Positions 40,995 through 53,205 of a stretch of DNA of 64,000 nucleotides are shown one piece after another. How positions within the stretch are numbered: the stretch's first letter is position 1; every line of letters begins with the position of its first letter. The notes beneath the pieces are model-generated. The model ran no database searches. It was not told where the DNA came from and was given only the letters and a program-made list of their open reading frames with translations. Location: assembly GCA_023213395.1 (NCBI GenBank), contig CM041465.1:127169741-127233740 (forward strand), read 5' to 3'. The stretch is from Cycas panzhihuaensis. Its lineage: Eukaryota > Plantae > Cycadophyta. The translations under genes and the position numbers were made by a program.

Positions 40995-43477
40995 TATATC
41001 TTTGTGGTTGATTTTGGTTATGTAGAACTAGGTTTACTCAATATATGTTATCCTAAGAGAATCATTTTTCCTCTTTCATGTAATAAAATGAACCATTTTT
41101 GAAAAGTGATAAATGATAACAAAAATTAAATCATTATCTCTTTGTATATATGGTAATCCCAAAACAAAGTTTATGCTTAAGTATATCTATGGTTGTTTAG
41201 GTACTAGTAAGGACATATATAAGTTAGTATTATATGCATATCCCTTGGCCATTTGGTGTGCCCTCTAGTATGCCACAAATCTCACTACATCACTCTTTAT
41301 TTAAAACTAAAAATATTTTTCTTTTATTACATTTGTGGTCTTACTTCAGCCAAAATTCCCTCTAAGACCTTCATTATAAAACTCTCATATGATGTTCTTT
41401 CTCATGGAGTCTATTAGGATATATAATTATCTCTTTTAAAATAGGTAGCCATATTGCATAAAATAATCATCATAGGAAGAACCATGTACCTCAATTAGAT
41501 AATTCTTATAGTGCATAAAAATTATTCTAAAGGCAACATGTGAGTCATACAAATCCTTAATGGCTTTAAATCTTATCATCTCATTTGATATGGTGCTTAA
41601 TAATGCCACTCACCTACTTAATACATTAACAAAATGGTTTTATTTACTTGATTTATGCCTCAAAATAAGATACCTACTTAGCATATTTACAATTTAATTT
41701 CCTTTGGATATTTATATACCCTAAGGCTTAGTGTTTAGCGAATAGGATAAATTCCTTAGGTATGAGGTAATGCTTATAATGCCTTAAATCTTGGATAATT
41801 GCATAAAATTCGAACTCATAAGTTGAATACTTTCTTCTTACCTCATTAAGCTTCTTAATGTAAACTATTATAGGTCTTTCTTCTAGACTAAGCACTACTC
41901 TAATTGCAATATATGGAGCATCATAATTAACCTCAATGTCTGGTAGTATAAACATTGGTGCCTCAAATACCTTTCTCTCTAAGAGTTAGAAGTTATTATC
42001 TACTTCCATGGTCCTTCTCAACTCTTTACCCTTCATAGAGTCTATTAAGGATGTAACAATTCTACTAAAGTTTCTAATGAACTTTATATAAAATTGAGCC
42101 AAACCATGAAAACTTCTTACCTCTATCATAGTCTTAAGTATTGGCCACTCAATAGTTACCTTGATGTCCTCCTCATCCATTTGTAATCCTTCTTGTAAAA
42201 TCAAAAAGCTTAGAAATACTAATCTCCCTTGCATAAGTTTACACTTCTTTATATTTCCATATAACTTCTTTGTTCTTAATACTTCAAGCACCATCCTTAA
42301 GTGCATTAAGTGCTCCTCATTGGTCTTACTAAAAATAATAATGTTATTAAAATACATAACTATAAACTTACTAATGAATGGCTATAACATAGTGTGCATC
42401 AATCTCATAAACATGCTTGAGGAATTTGACATCCTGAATAGCATGACTAGTCACTCATATAATGTATTCCCCATATTGAAGGTTGTCTTCCACTCATCCC
42501 CTTCATACATTTAAATCTAATAATACCCACTCTTGAGGTTAATATTTATAAAGTAGGAAGCACCTACTAATATATCCAACATATCAACCAAATGAGATAT
42601 ATAAAATAGATATTTAATTGTTATCTTGTTAATCACCCTAGAATCAATATGTATTCGCCATGAGTTATCTTTCTTTAGAGTTACTAATGCTAGAACTGCA
42701 CAAGGACTCAAGCTTTCTTTGATCAATCCCTTCTATACCAATTCATTGACTTATCGATTTAACTACTTATTCTCCATTGGGCTTAATTGATAAGTTGCTT
42801 ACTTTGGTAACCTTAACCCTAGCATTAGTTCAATTTCGTATTGAATGTCCCTCATCAGTGGTAAGCCATCAAGTAGCTCATCTAACATAATATCATTGTA
42901 CTCCTTTAATAACCTTGCTATCTTACTTGGCATCTCTATGTTATCCTCCTCTATCTATCTTACTATTAAAGTATAACAAGTGCCATCCTTTCACACATCT
43001 TTCATAAATTCTTTAGTAATCAACATGCTTTCTACTTGACCTTCTTCCTTAAGTGGTAATAACTTCATCTCTACACCATTCTTCTAAAATGTATAGGTGT
43101 TATTTTTACAATCATGAAAGGCATTCTTTTCATACTGCCACAACCTCCCCATTAATAAATGGTATGTATCCATCAAGATTATATTATACCATATATCATC
43201 CTAATATGATTTCCTAGTACTAAATTTAACTAAGCATCTATTTTTAATAGTCACGTTATTTCCATTTTTAAACTAAGAAATATAGTATGGATATGGATGT
43301 TCTATATAACTTAACTTTTCTACCATTTCATTGGAGACCATATTCTTACAACTACCGCCATTGATTATAACTTTGCATATCTTTCCTCCTACAGTACATC
43401 TTGTCCTACAAATATTTCATAACCATGAATTTTTATCTATCATTGCCTTTCCATGCAACATATTAATGAAATCAAAC

Positions 43478-44925
43478 TAGGAGAAGACTCTATTTCAGCT
43501 CATCCTTATAGATGCATACACACACAAATAAAAAAAGTCAAATGATTTATAAACAACCTTCTAAAACTTAAGACCATCACTCATAGCTAAAATCCCTATG
43601 CAACTCTAATTGTCTTAGCTTGCAAAAATTATAACTTATTAGATATTAAATTTTTTCATAATAAAGAATAAATACCCCATTTCAAAAATAGATGATATCA
43701 TTGATGAACTTGATAATGTAGCATTCTTTTTAAACATCAATATGTAATCTAGTTATTATCATATCCCTACCAAAATAATTGATTCTGAGAAAACATCTTT
43801 CAAGAAATAAAGATGATTATATGAATTTAAAGCCATGCCCTTTGGCCTCATAAATGTTTGAACAACATTTTAGGCCACAATGAATAAGGTACTTACTCCT
43901 TTTATATGCAAAATCATCATGGTTTTCTTTAATGACATTTTAGTATATAGGAAGTATTAGCAACATCATATCAATCATTTAGATAAGGGATTAGGAGCCT
44001 TAAGTTAGAATAAGTTATTTGTCAAATTAGCTAAGTTCCATCTTGGCCAATAAGCACTCAAGATTAAGGCATCTTAAACTGGCCAACACACATCTCAGTC
44101 ATTGCTCTCTAAGTGTTTTTAGTACTTACTAGTTTTTATAGATACTATATTCAATAATATTCACCCTTAGATACCCCACTCATTGATCTCTGCAAAAAGA
44201 ATGTCTTCCATTAGCCAAACTTAGCCAACTAGTGCTTTTCATACTTAAAAGCATCCATTACTTCTAACACTATATTGGCAATATGTGATTTTTTTTAAAA
44301 CCATTCAAACTACATTATGATGCATATGGATCAGGTATTAGTGCTATCTTAATACAAGATAAATTATCCATGGCATTTAAAAGTAGAAAACTTAATCTTT
44401 GAGATTAAACTCACTAGACTTGGAATAAAGAAATGTTAGCTATTTGTCATGCCTTAGCAAAACAGAAATAATATCTTTATGGAAACAAATTCATAGTAAA
44501 TACCAATCATCAAAGCCTCATATATCTCTTAAAACAACCTACCTTATCAAAATTGTAATAATAATGATTCAAAAAAAAAAATCATTTTGACATCATATAT
44601 AAAAATTTAACAAATAATATAGTGGCTAATAGCTTATCTAGTAAATATGAACAAGAGTAGTGTTGTGCAATTTTCACAACACTTCTTATATGGTTCAATC
44701 AACTACATTCTGAATACGATAGTATTAGGCTTCCTAAATACCATCAAGGAAAAGCTTTTCCAAAATGGTCACTACACGGGGATATATTATTATGGAGAGG
44801 TCAAATCTACTTACATTAATCTTTGACTTTACAAAATGAACATCCTCCAAAAAGGACATGTAGCACCATCCTCTATGCATTCTATATGGTTGATAGTCAC
44901 AAATAGTTAGATATCAGTATAGATT
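43478..44925 (+). repeat. Duplicate of the decayed Gypsy pol block 14640-~16185
   Basis: High co-linear identity from taggagaagactctattt, including shared disabling mutations. Confidence 0.9.
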
Positions 44926-47900
44926 TTAGAAGATATTAAAATGTAAATTAATTTAACATATGATCAAAGAATTTATCTTTCCTCTTTTTAGCATAATCAC
45001 CTCATTCTTCTCCTAAGTTAATCTAATGATGAATTTGACTTTATAAATTTTAATATTGTTAGCATGGTCATTTTGTAATAACTAAGGCTATTTGTAATGG
45101 TTCATATCATCTTTCCATCATCTATGACAAACCCCTGAATAATCCTTTCAATAATATATATCTAAAATGTTTTATCCATAAATAACATTTCCAAGGAGTA
45201 ACAAGTCAAGGTCTTTTTATCTTCTATTATTTGTATTTATTATGGTTTATTTATACTCTTTTACTTTTATTTATATTATCTTGCCATTAACACACTATTT
45301 AAGTTTGTTTTAGTTTCCATTAATTATGTTTGAGAGGATCTTACTTTTGGGTATGAAAATTTTCATTCAAGACCATGTTATTGACCTATGTTTCCTTTCA
45401 ATCTTGACTTTCCATCATCAAAGGCCTAACTTATTAAAATTCATGTCATTTATAAATAAGTACCTTAATAATTACAAAAAAGAGACATGGTGGTAGCATT
45501 TTAAGAGAAGGTTTTAAAACAAGTTAGATTATGAACCATTACTTTTAAACAAATAAGAGCATTAATGTATCAAGCATCTTCATAAAATAATGAATTAAGA
45601 ATGTATTTCACTTGTCGCATCATGCTTTCCTTTGTTGCATCTGTGATGTGGTTCATTATAAAATGATTTTTATTTTTGGGATGATGAGAAATATTAGCAA
45701 ATTCATAATTGTATAGAATTACTTTACCCTATCCTTACATAAAGGGAAGAGAATGAAGTGTTATAAGAAAAGAAGGTTATTGAATAAGGATATGCCTAAA
45801 GTGTCTATGTTGTGGCTTGCCTCACCTATAAGTTAGCCGCAAGGATAAATGGGTGTATATAATGGTAGGTCACATAGCAAAGATATCAGGACCCTTGTTT
45901 CTTCCATTGCATGCTCTAATTTATGGATATTATTTTTTGGATAGTGTGACTTCCTTATAGTGTATTGATGTATAATAATTTTTGAAATTTGATACACACA
46001 TTGGAATAATTGCTAGGTTGGTCTGTTGGCTAAAGATTTGGTATGTACAATAGAGATTACCATAAGTGACCTAAGAGAGGCCATCATATTAAAGAGTAAC
46101 AATCCAATAATGGGAAGAGAAGGGAGCATTGTGAGAAGGTGTTGTGTCATGGCCATGCTCTTTATTATTGTTCTTCTTTTATATACCTTGCATCTCCTCC
46201 ATGGCAACTAGATGACAAAGATGGGCACTATGTGTTTGAGGATGGAGAAAATTGAACACCTCAATATAAGATTATTGGCAAAGTATCCAAGGAAATTTTG
46301 GGAGAGTTTTAGATTATTGGGATCATGAAATGAATTGAAATTGATTCTCTCTACACTGGCAAAAACTGATGGGAATGGATTACAGGGCTACCTATAATTG
46401 AAGAATTGGTTTTATTATCATAACCATGTGCCCATTGTTTGTGAAAAGATTAGACCAAATTTATATGAATTATTATATAAAAATGATCATCGATCCTTGC
46501 CTATTATTTTGGTTTCAGAATACACTCATCAATTGTTGGATTTATTCATTATTCGACACTTACACATACAGATGTAAACCCTAAGAACATTCTTGTTATC
46601 TCTTCTGAATATGTTAAGCTACTTGATAAAAGTTCCCTAAATCCTAAGATGTATTATAAGTGCATTCCCACATCAAGTATAATTAAACTGATAGATTTTG
46701 GTAATGCTACATTCAAGAATTAACACCATAGCTTAGTAGTTTCCTTGAGAGGATACTGAGTGCCTTAGGTATTATGGGTATTAGATGGAGTTATCCGTAT
46801 GATTTATAGAGTATTAGGTGCATTTTGGTCAAATTATACTATGGAAATACTCTTTTTTATATCGATGATAATTTAGAGCATCTTGAAATGGAGTAGGTAT
46901 TGGGACCAATTCCTCAATATATGATCAAATGGGTAGCTCAATGTTAAAGGGAGTATATCAAAAATGGCATGAAATTCAAATCAACAGAGGGGCCCATAGA
47001 GTGTTCAAGCAGTCAAGAGATCCCTGCCTGCAAAAAAAATGTTATAAAAATAAGGACTGCTTAGTGGGAATTCCTATTGCATTGCTTCATGGTTTCTTGC
47101 ATTTTGATCCAAAAGAGTGTCTCTCTACTTAGGAAGGTTTGAGGCATCATTTCTTTAGAAGAAAATGAATGTAGATGACAAATTTATAGTAATCTTTGGG
47201 AATCACTTGTGCTTGCCTACCAGATGTGTTATGTACATTATGTTCTTAATATTACAAAAGATCAAATCCAAGAAAAGAAAAGGGTTTTTATGCTCTGTAT
47301 TCTATTATTGAATTTTATATGCTATTTAGATTTGTCTATATGTCTTTAAGTGTTTTCTATATGAGATCATATTTTCTCTGCATAGTTGTAGTTATATCCT
47401 GTCAATTTATGTTTCCATTATATTCTAAGTTTCTCATTATCTTTTTTTGAGTTTTCATTTCCAACTCTTTTAACACCCCAAAACCCTCTTTGTTGTGATT
47501 GAACCATGACTTGTAGGTAGTCAATGCTACTAAGATCTTCTACATTACTTCTCCCAGGTTCTTAACTTCTACTTTTCCTACTTCCATTACATGTTGACTA
47601 TGAAGTAGATGTGGAAGAAGTGATTGGAAACCATGCCTAATGTTATCATTGCTACACATTCCCATTGAATGTAATATTTTTTCATCCATAGAGGTGATCA
47701 CATAAGAAAGAAAGGCAAGAAACTAAGAAAATAAAATAAAGAAAAATTACAGATTTAAAAATAATCAAATTTATAAGATTTTAATAGAAATACTAGTATA
47801 GACTATGTAGTTTATGTGTGTTGATAGATAATCACATTCTTGTAATGGGTTCTTGTGTGGCCTCAAGAGTGACCATATTATGGGAAATATGCAAGAATTA

Positions 47901-48240
47901 TTACAAGATTAGTATGAAATGATTCCATTGTGATCCATTTGATGTAAGATAATAGAGAAATTTTAGACTTTACCATTAGCATTTGATATGTAGTTTGTGT
48001 TACTTTATCACAAGGGCACATTTATTTGGCTAAAAGTCACATAAAATAACTATTTGCATTTAATATGTAGTTCATGTTACCTTACTATATGAGAAGAGAC
48101 ATGGATTTTATGGTTACATTTAATTTTATTTCCTTTTTTTAATTTTTTCAATTACTCACATCACATGGAAAGTAAATAGTCATAGGCAAAGACCATTAAA
48201 AATGCCTACTATTAGCACATAACAAATACATTATTTTAAA
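44920..48240 (+). repeat. Duplicate of the kinase locus ~9893-13165 including flanks
   Basis: Upstream, coding and downstream sequences align (e.g. aagaaaagaaaagggtttttatgct at ~12439 and ~47271). Confidence 0.92.
46043..47168 (+). pseudogene. LAMMER/AFC-like kinase pseudogene (paralog of 11125-12336)
   Basis: Aligned ATG to stop; multiple stops, frameshifts and a ~55-bp deletion removing the VAIK lysine; IKLIDFGNATF retained. Confidence 0.93.
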
Positions 48241-50116
48241 TGTATCTAAAGTATTTTCTATTCACTTAAATAATTAGGTCATTTATTTCTATTAACATGG
48301 TATAGGCATATATATATTACCCACATCAAATGTCATTATCTACGCCAAGGCCTATTATATAGGTTTTTATATTATGAATGTTGAATGTCGTTGTCCATGC
48401 TAAGGTCATGAACATATTTAACAAGTGTGTATATATTATATTTGCATGTTGAGTATAGTGCCTTATTTTGTGCATTCATAAAAATACCAAGTGCCTTATT
48501 ATCCTTCATCACATCTTAGCCTAGAATTATCATGCCTCTACTAAATCATGACATATATTTGATATAATCTATTAATATTATCAAGCACCTTTTATAAAGA
48601 ACTAAGTGTAGCTAATAAGATTTAATTATTAACATCCAATTTGCTTAATCAAAGACATATACATATTTGAGAAACATTTGATATTTAAATTATAATTAGC
48701 GACATATTTATATTCATCAGGTGCATATAGTATAAGGACTCCCTTTCTCTCTATATGCATATATTAAGAAGCAGAAAATATGTTAATAACAATATCTACT
48801 TCTACATTGTGCACCTCAACAGTCAATTATTATTTATGATTATGTCTTGTATCAAATATTAATATTACTTATTATGAGAGCACCCATAAGCATACATACT
48901 AAAAGTTTAAATATTGGAGGACATAAACGAACTCACTAAGCAACTTAAGAGTTGGAAGTTAAAAGCTTTATTCCAACTCCATAAAAGCTAAAACCATAGA
49001 GTATAATAAGAGATAGAGATTCTAGCAATGATATTAATGCTCATCTTGATGTCATCAAACAATGTATGGAATAAATGATAGACAAGTTCCAATAGGTTAT
49101 ATCAAAACAAAATAACCCTATAACTAAAACTCCTAAATCTTGCAATAGCAAGGGCAATAACAACAACCAAGGAATTGCTCAATATAAAAAATAATTGTTT
49201 ATCCCCTATTTTAATATCAAGGGCTCGATTGATTTTGATGAATGGACCACTAAACTTAAAGTGGCATTCAATGACCTTAAAATTAATGTTATTAGAGAAA
49301 AGGTTTATTTTTTCATTGATCATATAGAAAGACATTTATATATATAGACACACAAATGGTTTTCCAACTATAGATTTATCCTATGGATTGAATTTATTGA
49401 TATTATCTAAAACTATATTGAAGGACCTAATTCCACTATTTATAAGGTCTAATTATCTCAATGCTTCTAATGAAACTCTTCAATTAAGGGATTCATAAAG
49501 TATTTAAAAAAACTTCAATTTAAGAACATCCTAATTGATGAGTGGTTATGCGCCTAGGGGGACCTAAACTTAATATCTCTTTATTCCTTTTTAGTAATTA
49601 AAATTGAGAGACACAAAGCTCAAGAGGACTTAAGGGACCATTTTTGCCTAACTTCTAAGGAGGAGTCTTCACATAGTAGTGCTGCCTACCTAATTATGAG
49701 TAGATATGATGAAAGGTGTGGATATGAAATGGGGTGATGGAATCCACTAACCTACATGACTTGACAAAGGAGTTCTAAGTTCAGAGCTGGACTGACAATA
49801 TCCTCAATGTCCTTTCTGGTGACTCCTCTCATGTAATCCTTTTAACCTTTTGAGTTTTACTAAGATGTGAGAGAGGGTAAGTGAATGGAAAAGGGAAGTT
49901 TGTCCCATTTTGGTTTTTTTTTTGGTTTGTGTCCACTTTGTTTATCTTTCCTTTTGTTGTCTTTTCTCTTTTTGAATGGTATTTATAGTTACTTTATGTT
50001 TTGTTCTTCTTTTTAGATTTTGATATGATAGCAAAGAGATAAGACCAAGAGAACAAGGTGAATCTATACAACCAAAGAAACTACAAGATCAAACTCATAT
50101 AAACCTTTTTACTTTT

Positions 50117-50232
<116 letters not shown>

Positions 50233-52259
50233 AATAAAATATGTGCATACAACTATAAAAAAGGCTTTCCTATATGCAATGTGCATGTTTTAGTTGAAAA
50301 GAAATGATGCTACTCAAAATCTAAAATTCACTATATGATTTGTATACAAATTTCTTTTAAAAGAGATCAATCAACATGTAAAACTAATAAGTATACTTCA
50401 ATTTTCATGCATGCAACCAATTCTTTTAAAAAGTGATGAATAATCCACAAAGAATAGAGATTCTTAAACAAAGCTACTACTATTTTTTTAGATAATTTTT
50501 AGACCTATAAGATGATAAATAAACCATAAATCTGAATAATAATCATTCGCACAAACCTAGTCCCTAAGGGTTTTATCATAATTAGAGTAGTAAGGGCTAC
50601 AAAAAGGATCCTTGAACCCTATGCAAAAACTTAGAATCAAAAATATTTTAACCATGTAACATTCTCAACATTTTATTCTCAAGGTAAAGAAGCTAACTTG
50701 AAAATAAAAGTGCATGCAACTACAAGGATATAAGACAAAAATTCCTTTCCTATTGTAAAGGATGCCTCAGAATGGCAGTTTTCTTTTCAATTGACCAACT
50801 TTTCCATAAACTTTCCTTCAAAGCAAACCAAAGAAGGAAAAACAACAATCAAAAGGCACCAAACTAGATCCCAACAATGCTAAAAGAGAGTAGAAAACTA
50901 ACTAAAATACAAACTGCTATAACAAAGTAGGGAGGGGTAGATGTATGGTGGAGAGATAACTATACTCCATCCTAGTCTACCCTTAAGGAGCCCCATAATG
51001 GGTTGACCCTTTAGTATATATTTTAGTATCTAAAATCAAAACAAGATCACAATAACAATTAGCCAAAGGAAATAAAAACTTCTAAGCCAAAATCACCTTT
51101 AAAAGAGCATAAAATAAGCTAAAAATATAGTAGGAAAGTTCTTACCAAATGAGAAGAAGTTTGAAGCATAAAATTTGATGAAGATCTAAGAGAATGGAAG
51201 CTCAGACCATCAACAGTTAAATAACAATAATACAATAATAAAACTCCTTGAAGATTTCACCTAACAATCTTTAAGAAATTAAGTCTTTCAACCCCACAAC
51301 AGCAGTCCTCAAAAAATCTCCAAAACTTAAAAAGATCTCACAAAACTAGAGCCAAAATCACCTCTAACTCTTCAACATTCAATCAATGAAGACTTGATAA
51401 TACTTTTGGGTATTGAAAGAATTAAATTCCACTGAATTTAGGTGGCGTCATGTAAAATTTTGGTGCACTGCATGAGTTTCCATTGCATGACAATGAAAAA
51501 TATGATTGGTCGCATTTTTTACCTTCTAAAAATATGACTTTATTCTAAAAACGTAACTGGTCATATTTTTTACAGCACCAAAAATATGATAAGAGTGGAA
51601 TAAAAAATTGATCAAAAATAATAATAACAATTAGTATCCAATAAGGATCTAGTCATGAAAATAACTTCATTAACGAGTGGATGAACCCAGAATTAGATAA
51701 AACAAATTAAATACAAGCCCAAAAAGTTAATCCAACAATAAAATTTTGGGTGAAACCTTGAAAATAAAGTGAAAATAACAAACTTTGAAATAAGAATGAG
51801 GTTAAATTGATCATAAAAGAAAACTTTGGTACTATAGTTTATATCATCAGTAGATAATAGCAAAAATACAAGTTACTTCAACATTTATTACATTTCATCA
51901 ATCAAAATTCATACATCACTTCAATAAAACATGGCCTAATATATCAAATACAAACAATATCCATCAATTATCTTCTATGGAATCATATATAACATGTACC
52001 AACTTACCAATACAAATCAAATGCAAACCAAGAGGCCATGTTTTGGTGAAACATTTACCCCCTTAACACCTGAAGCTCCTATTCTTAGAAAAGAGATAAG
52101 ATAGTGAGAGGTGGAAATGATGCAAGTAATCGTTGACCTTATCTGAATGATAAGAATTCTATCAAATGCATGGATGATGAGGTAACACCACTCTATGATC
52201 CAATATGAAATAAAATCCACACGATAACTAGATCCAATAAAATTCCTATTAGTAAATCT

Positions 52260-52626
52260 TCCCAAAAAGGCTAAGTAACTCTAACCAAATCATAACTATT
52301 TATACCTCTTGCCTAAAAGGACTAGGCTCTTAACATTCAAAAATAATCTACCCAAAAGGAATGGGTTCTTATCGTCAAAAGGCTACTATTTACATGTCTT
52401 GCCCAAAAGGATTGGGTACTTGTCATCTCTAAAAACCTATCCAAAAAGACTGGGTGTTCATCTCCAAAATATCACTACATTTATCTTTTCGCCTAAAAGG
52501 ACTAGGCGTCTACCATTACCAAACACTTACCTAATGTCCATAAATTTGATGGGACTTTACTATCATATAATGTGCCCATAAACTAGATGGGACTTCATCA
52601 CTAAATGCCCACAAATTAGATGAGCC
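52260..52626. repeat. Two arrays of short hairpin/palindromic motifs with variable spacers
   Basis: Six units of ~RCCYA-AAAGGAN-TRGGY, then three units of ~CCCAT-AAAYTAG-ATGGG. Confidence 0.8.
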
Positions 52627-52641
52627 TCTACTATACACTTG

Positions 52642-53205
52642 GTCATAGTTTATATCTCTTTAACCATGCATCAGAGGGAAATCTTTTTACTAAACTACAA
52701 AGAGCAAATTGTCATAGTTTACTGGCTCATTAACAGGTGAATTTTGGAGCAAACCCATCATAGTTTAGCCTCATTAATAGGGTGAGGGCTTTTAGAGGCT
52801 GATTATCATCTTTTAACCTCATTAACAATCAGATTTAGAGGGATCCTTGTCAGAGTTTAGGCTCGTTAATAGGTATGAAGGCCTCAAAGCATAGTCCTTA
52901 TCATAGTTTAAACTCATTAATAAGTAGATAAAGGCTCAGAGTGAAGGCCTTATCATAGTTTAGACTCATTAAAAAGGAAGAAAAGGCTTAGAGTGAAGGC
53001 CTTGTCATAGTTTAGACTCATTAACAAGGAAGAAAAAGCTCAGAGTGAAGGCCTTGTCATAGTTTAGACTAATTAACATGTATAAAGAAAACTCAAAGGA
53101 AAGACTTTGTCATAGTTTAGACTTATTAACAAGGAAGAAAGGGCTCAAAGTAAAGGCCTTGTCATAGTTTAAACTCATTAACAAGGAAGAAAAGGCTTAG
53201 AGTGA
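52642..53205. repeat. ~52-bp tandem array, ~11 units
   Basis: Core TCATAGTTTAGACTCATTAA with tails that vary on the left and are homogeneous on the right. Confidence 0.92.

Larger units (their letters stand above)
34740..43460 (-). mobile_element. Decayed chromovirus (CRM-like) Ty3/Gypsy, 5'-truncated, interrupted by a Copia derivative and a solo LTR
   Basis: Protease (CKVIINGGSCKNMVS ~43330-43380); RT (ESLSPCAVLAL; VRSFHGLAQFY); RNase H (YSTYEFEFYAIIQDLRHY); integrase (AYHPQTNG ~40245-40268); chromodomain-like QWKGLP*VENTW split by the Copia; PPT agggagga then TGAT LTR start ~35294. Confidence 0.85.

Noticed and set aside
49000-49700. LINE ORF1-like remnant
   Set aside because: Only a vague resemblance; no endonuclease, RT or poly(A) seen.
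52642-53205. CRISPR array
   Set aside because: Eukaryotic TE context, no cas genes, degenerate repeats, and the right-hand spacers are copies of one another.
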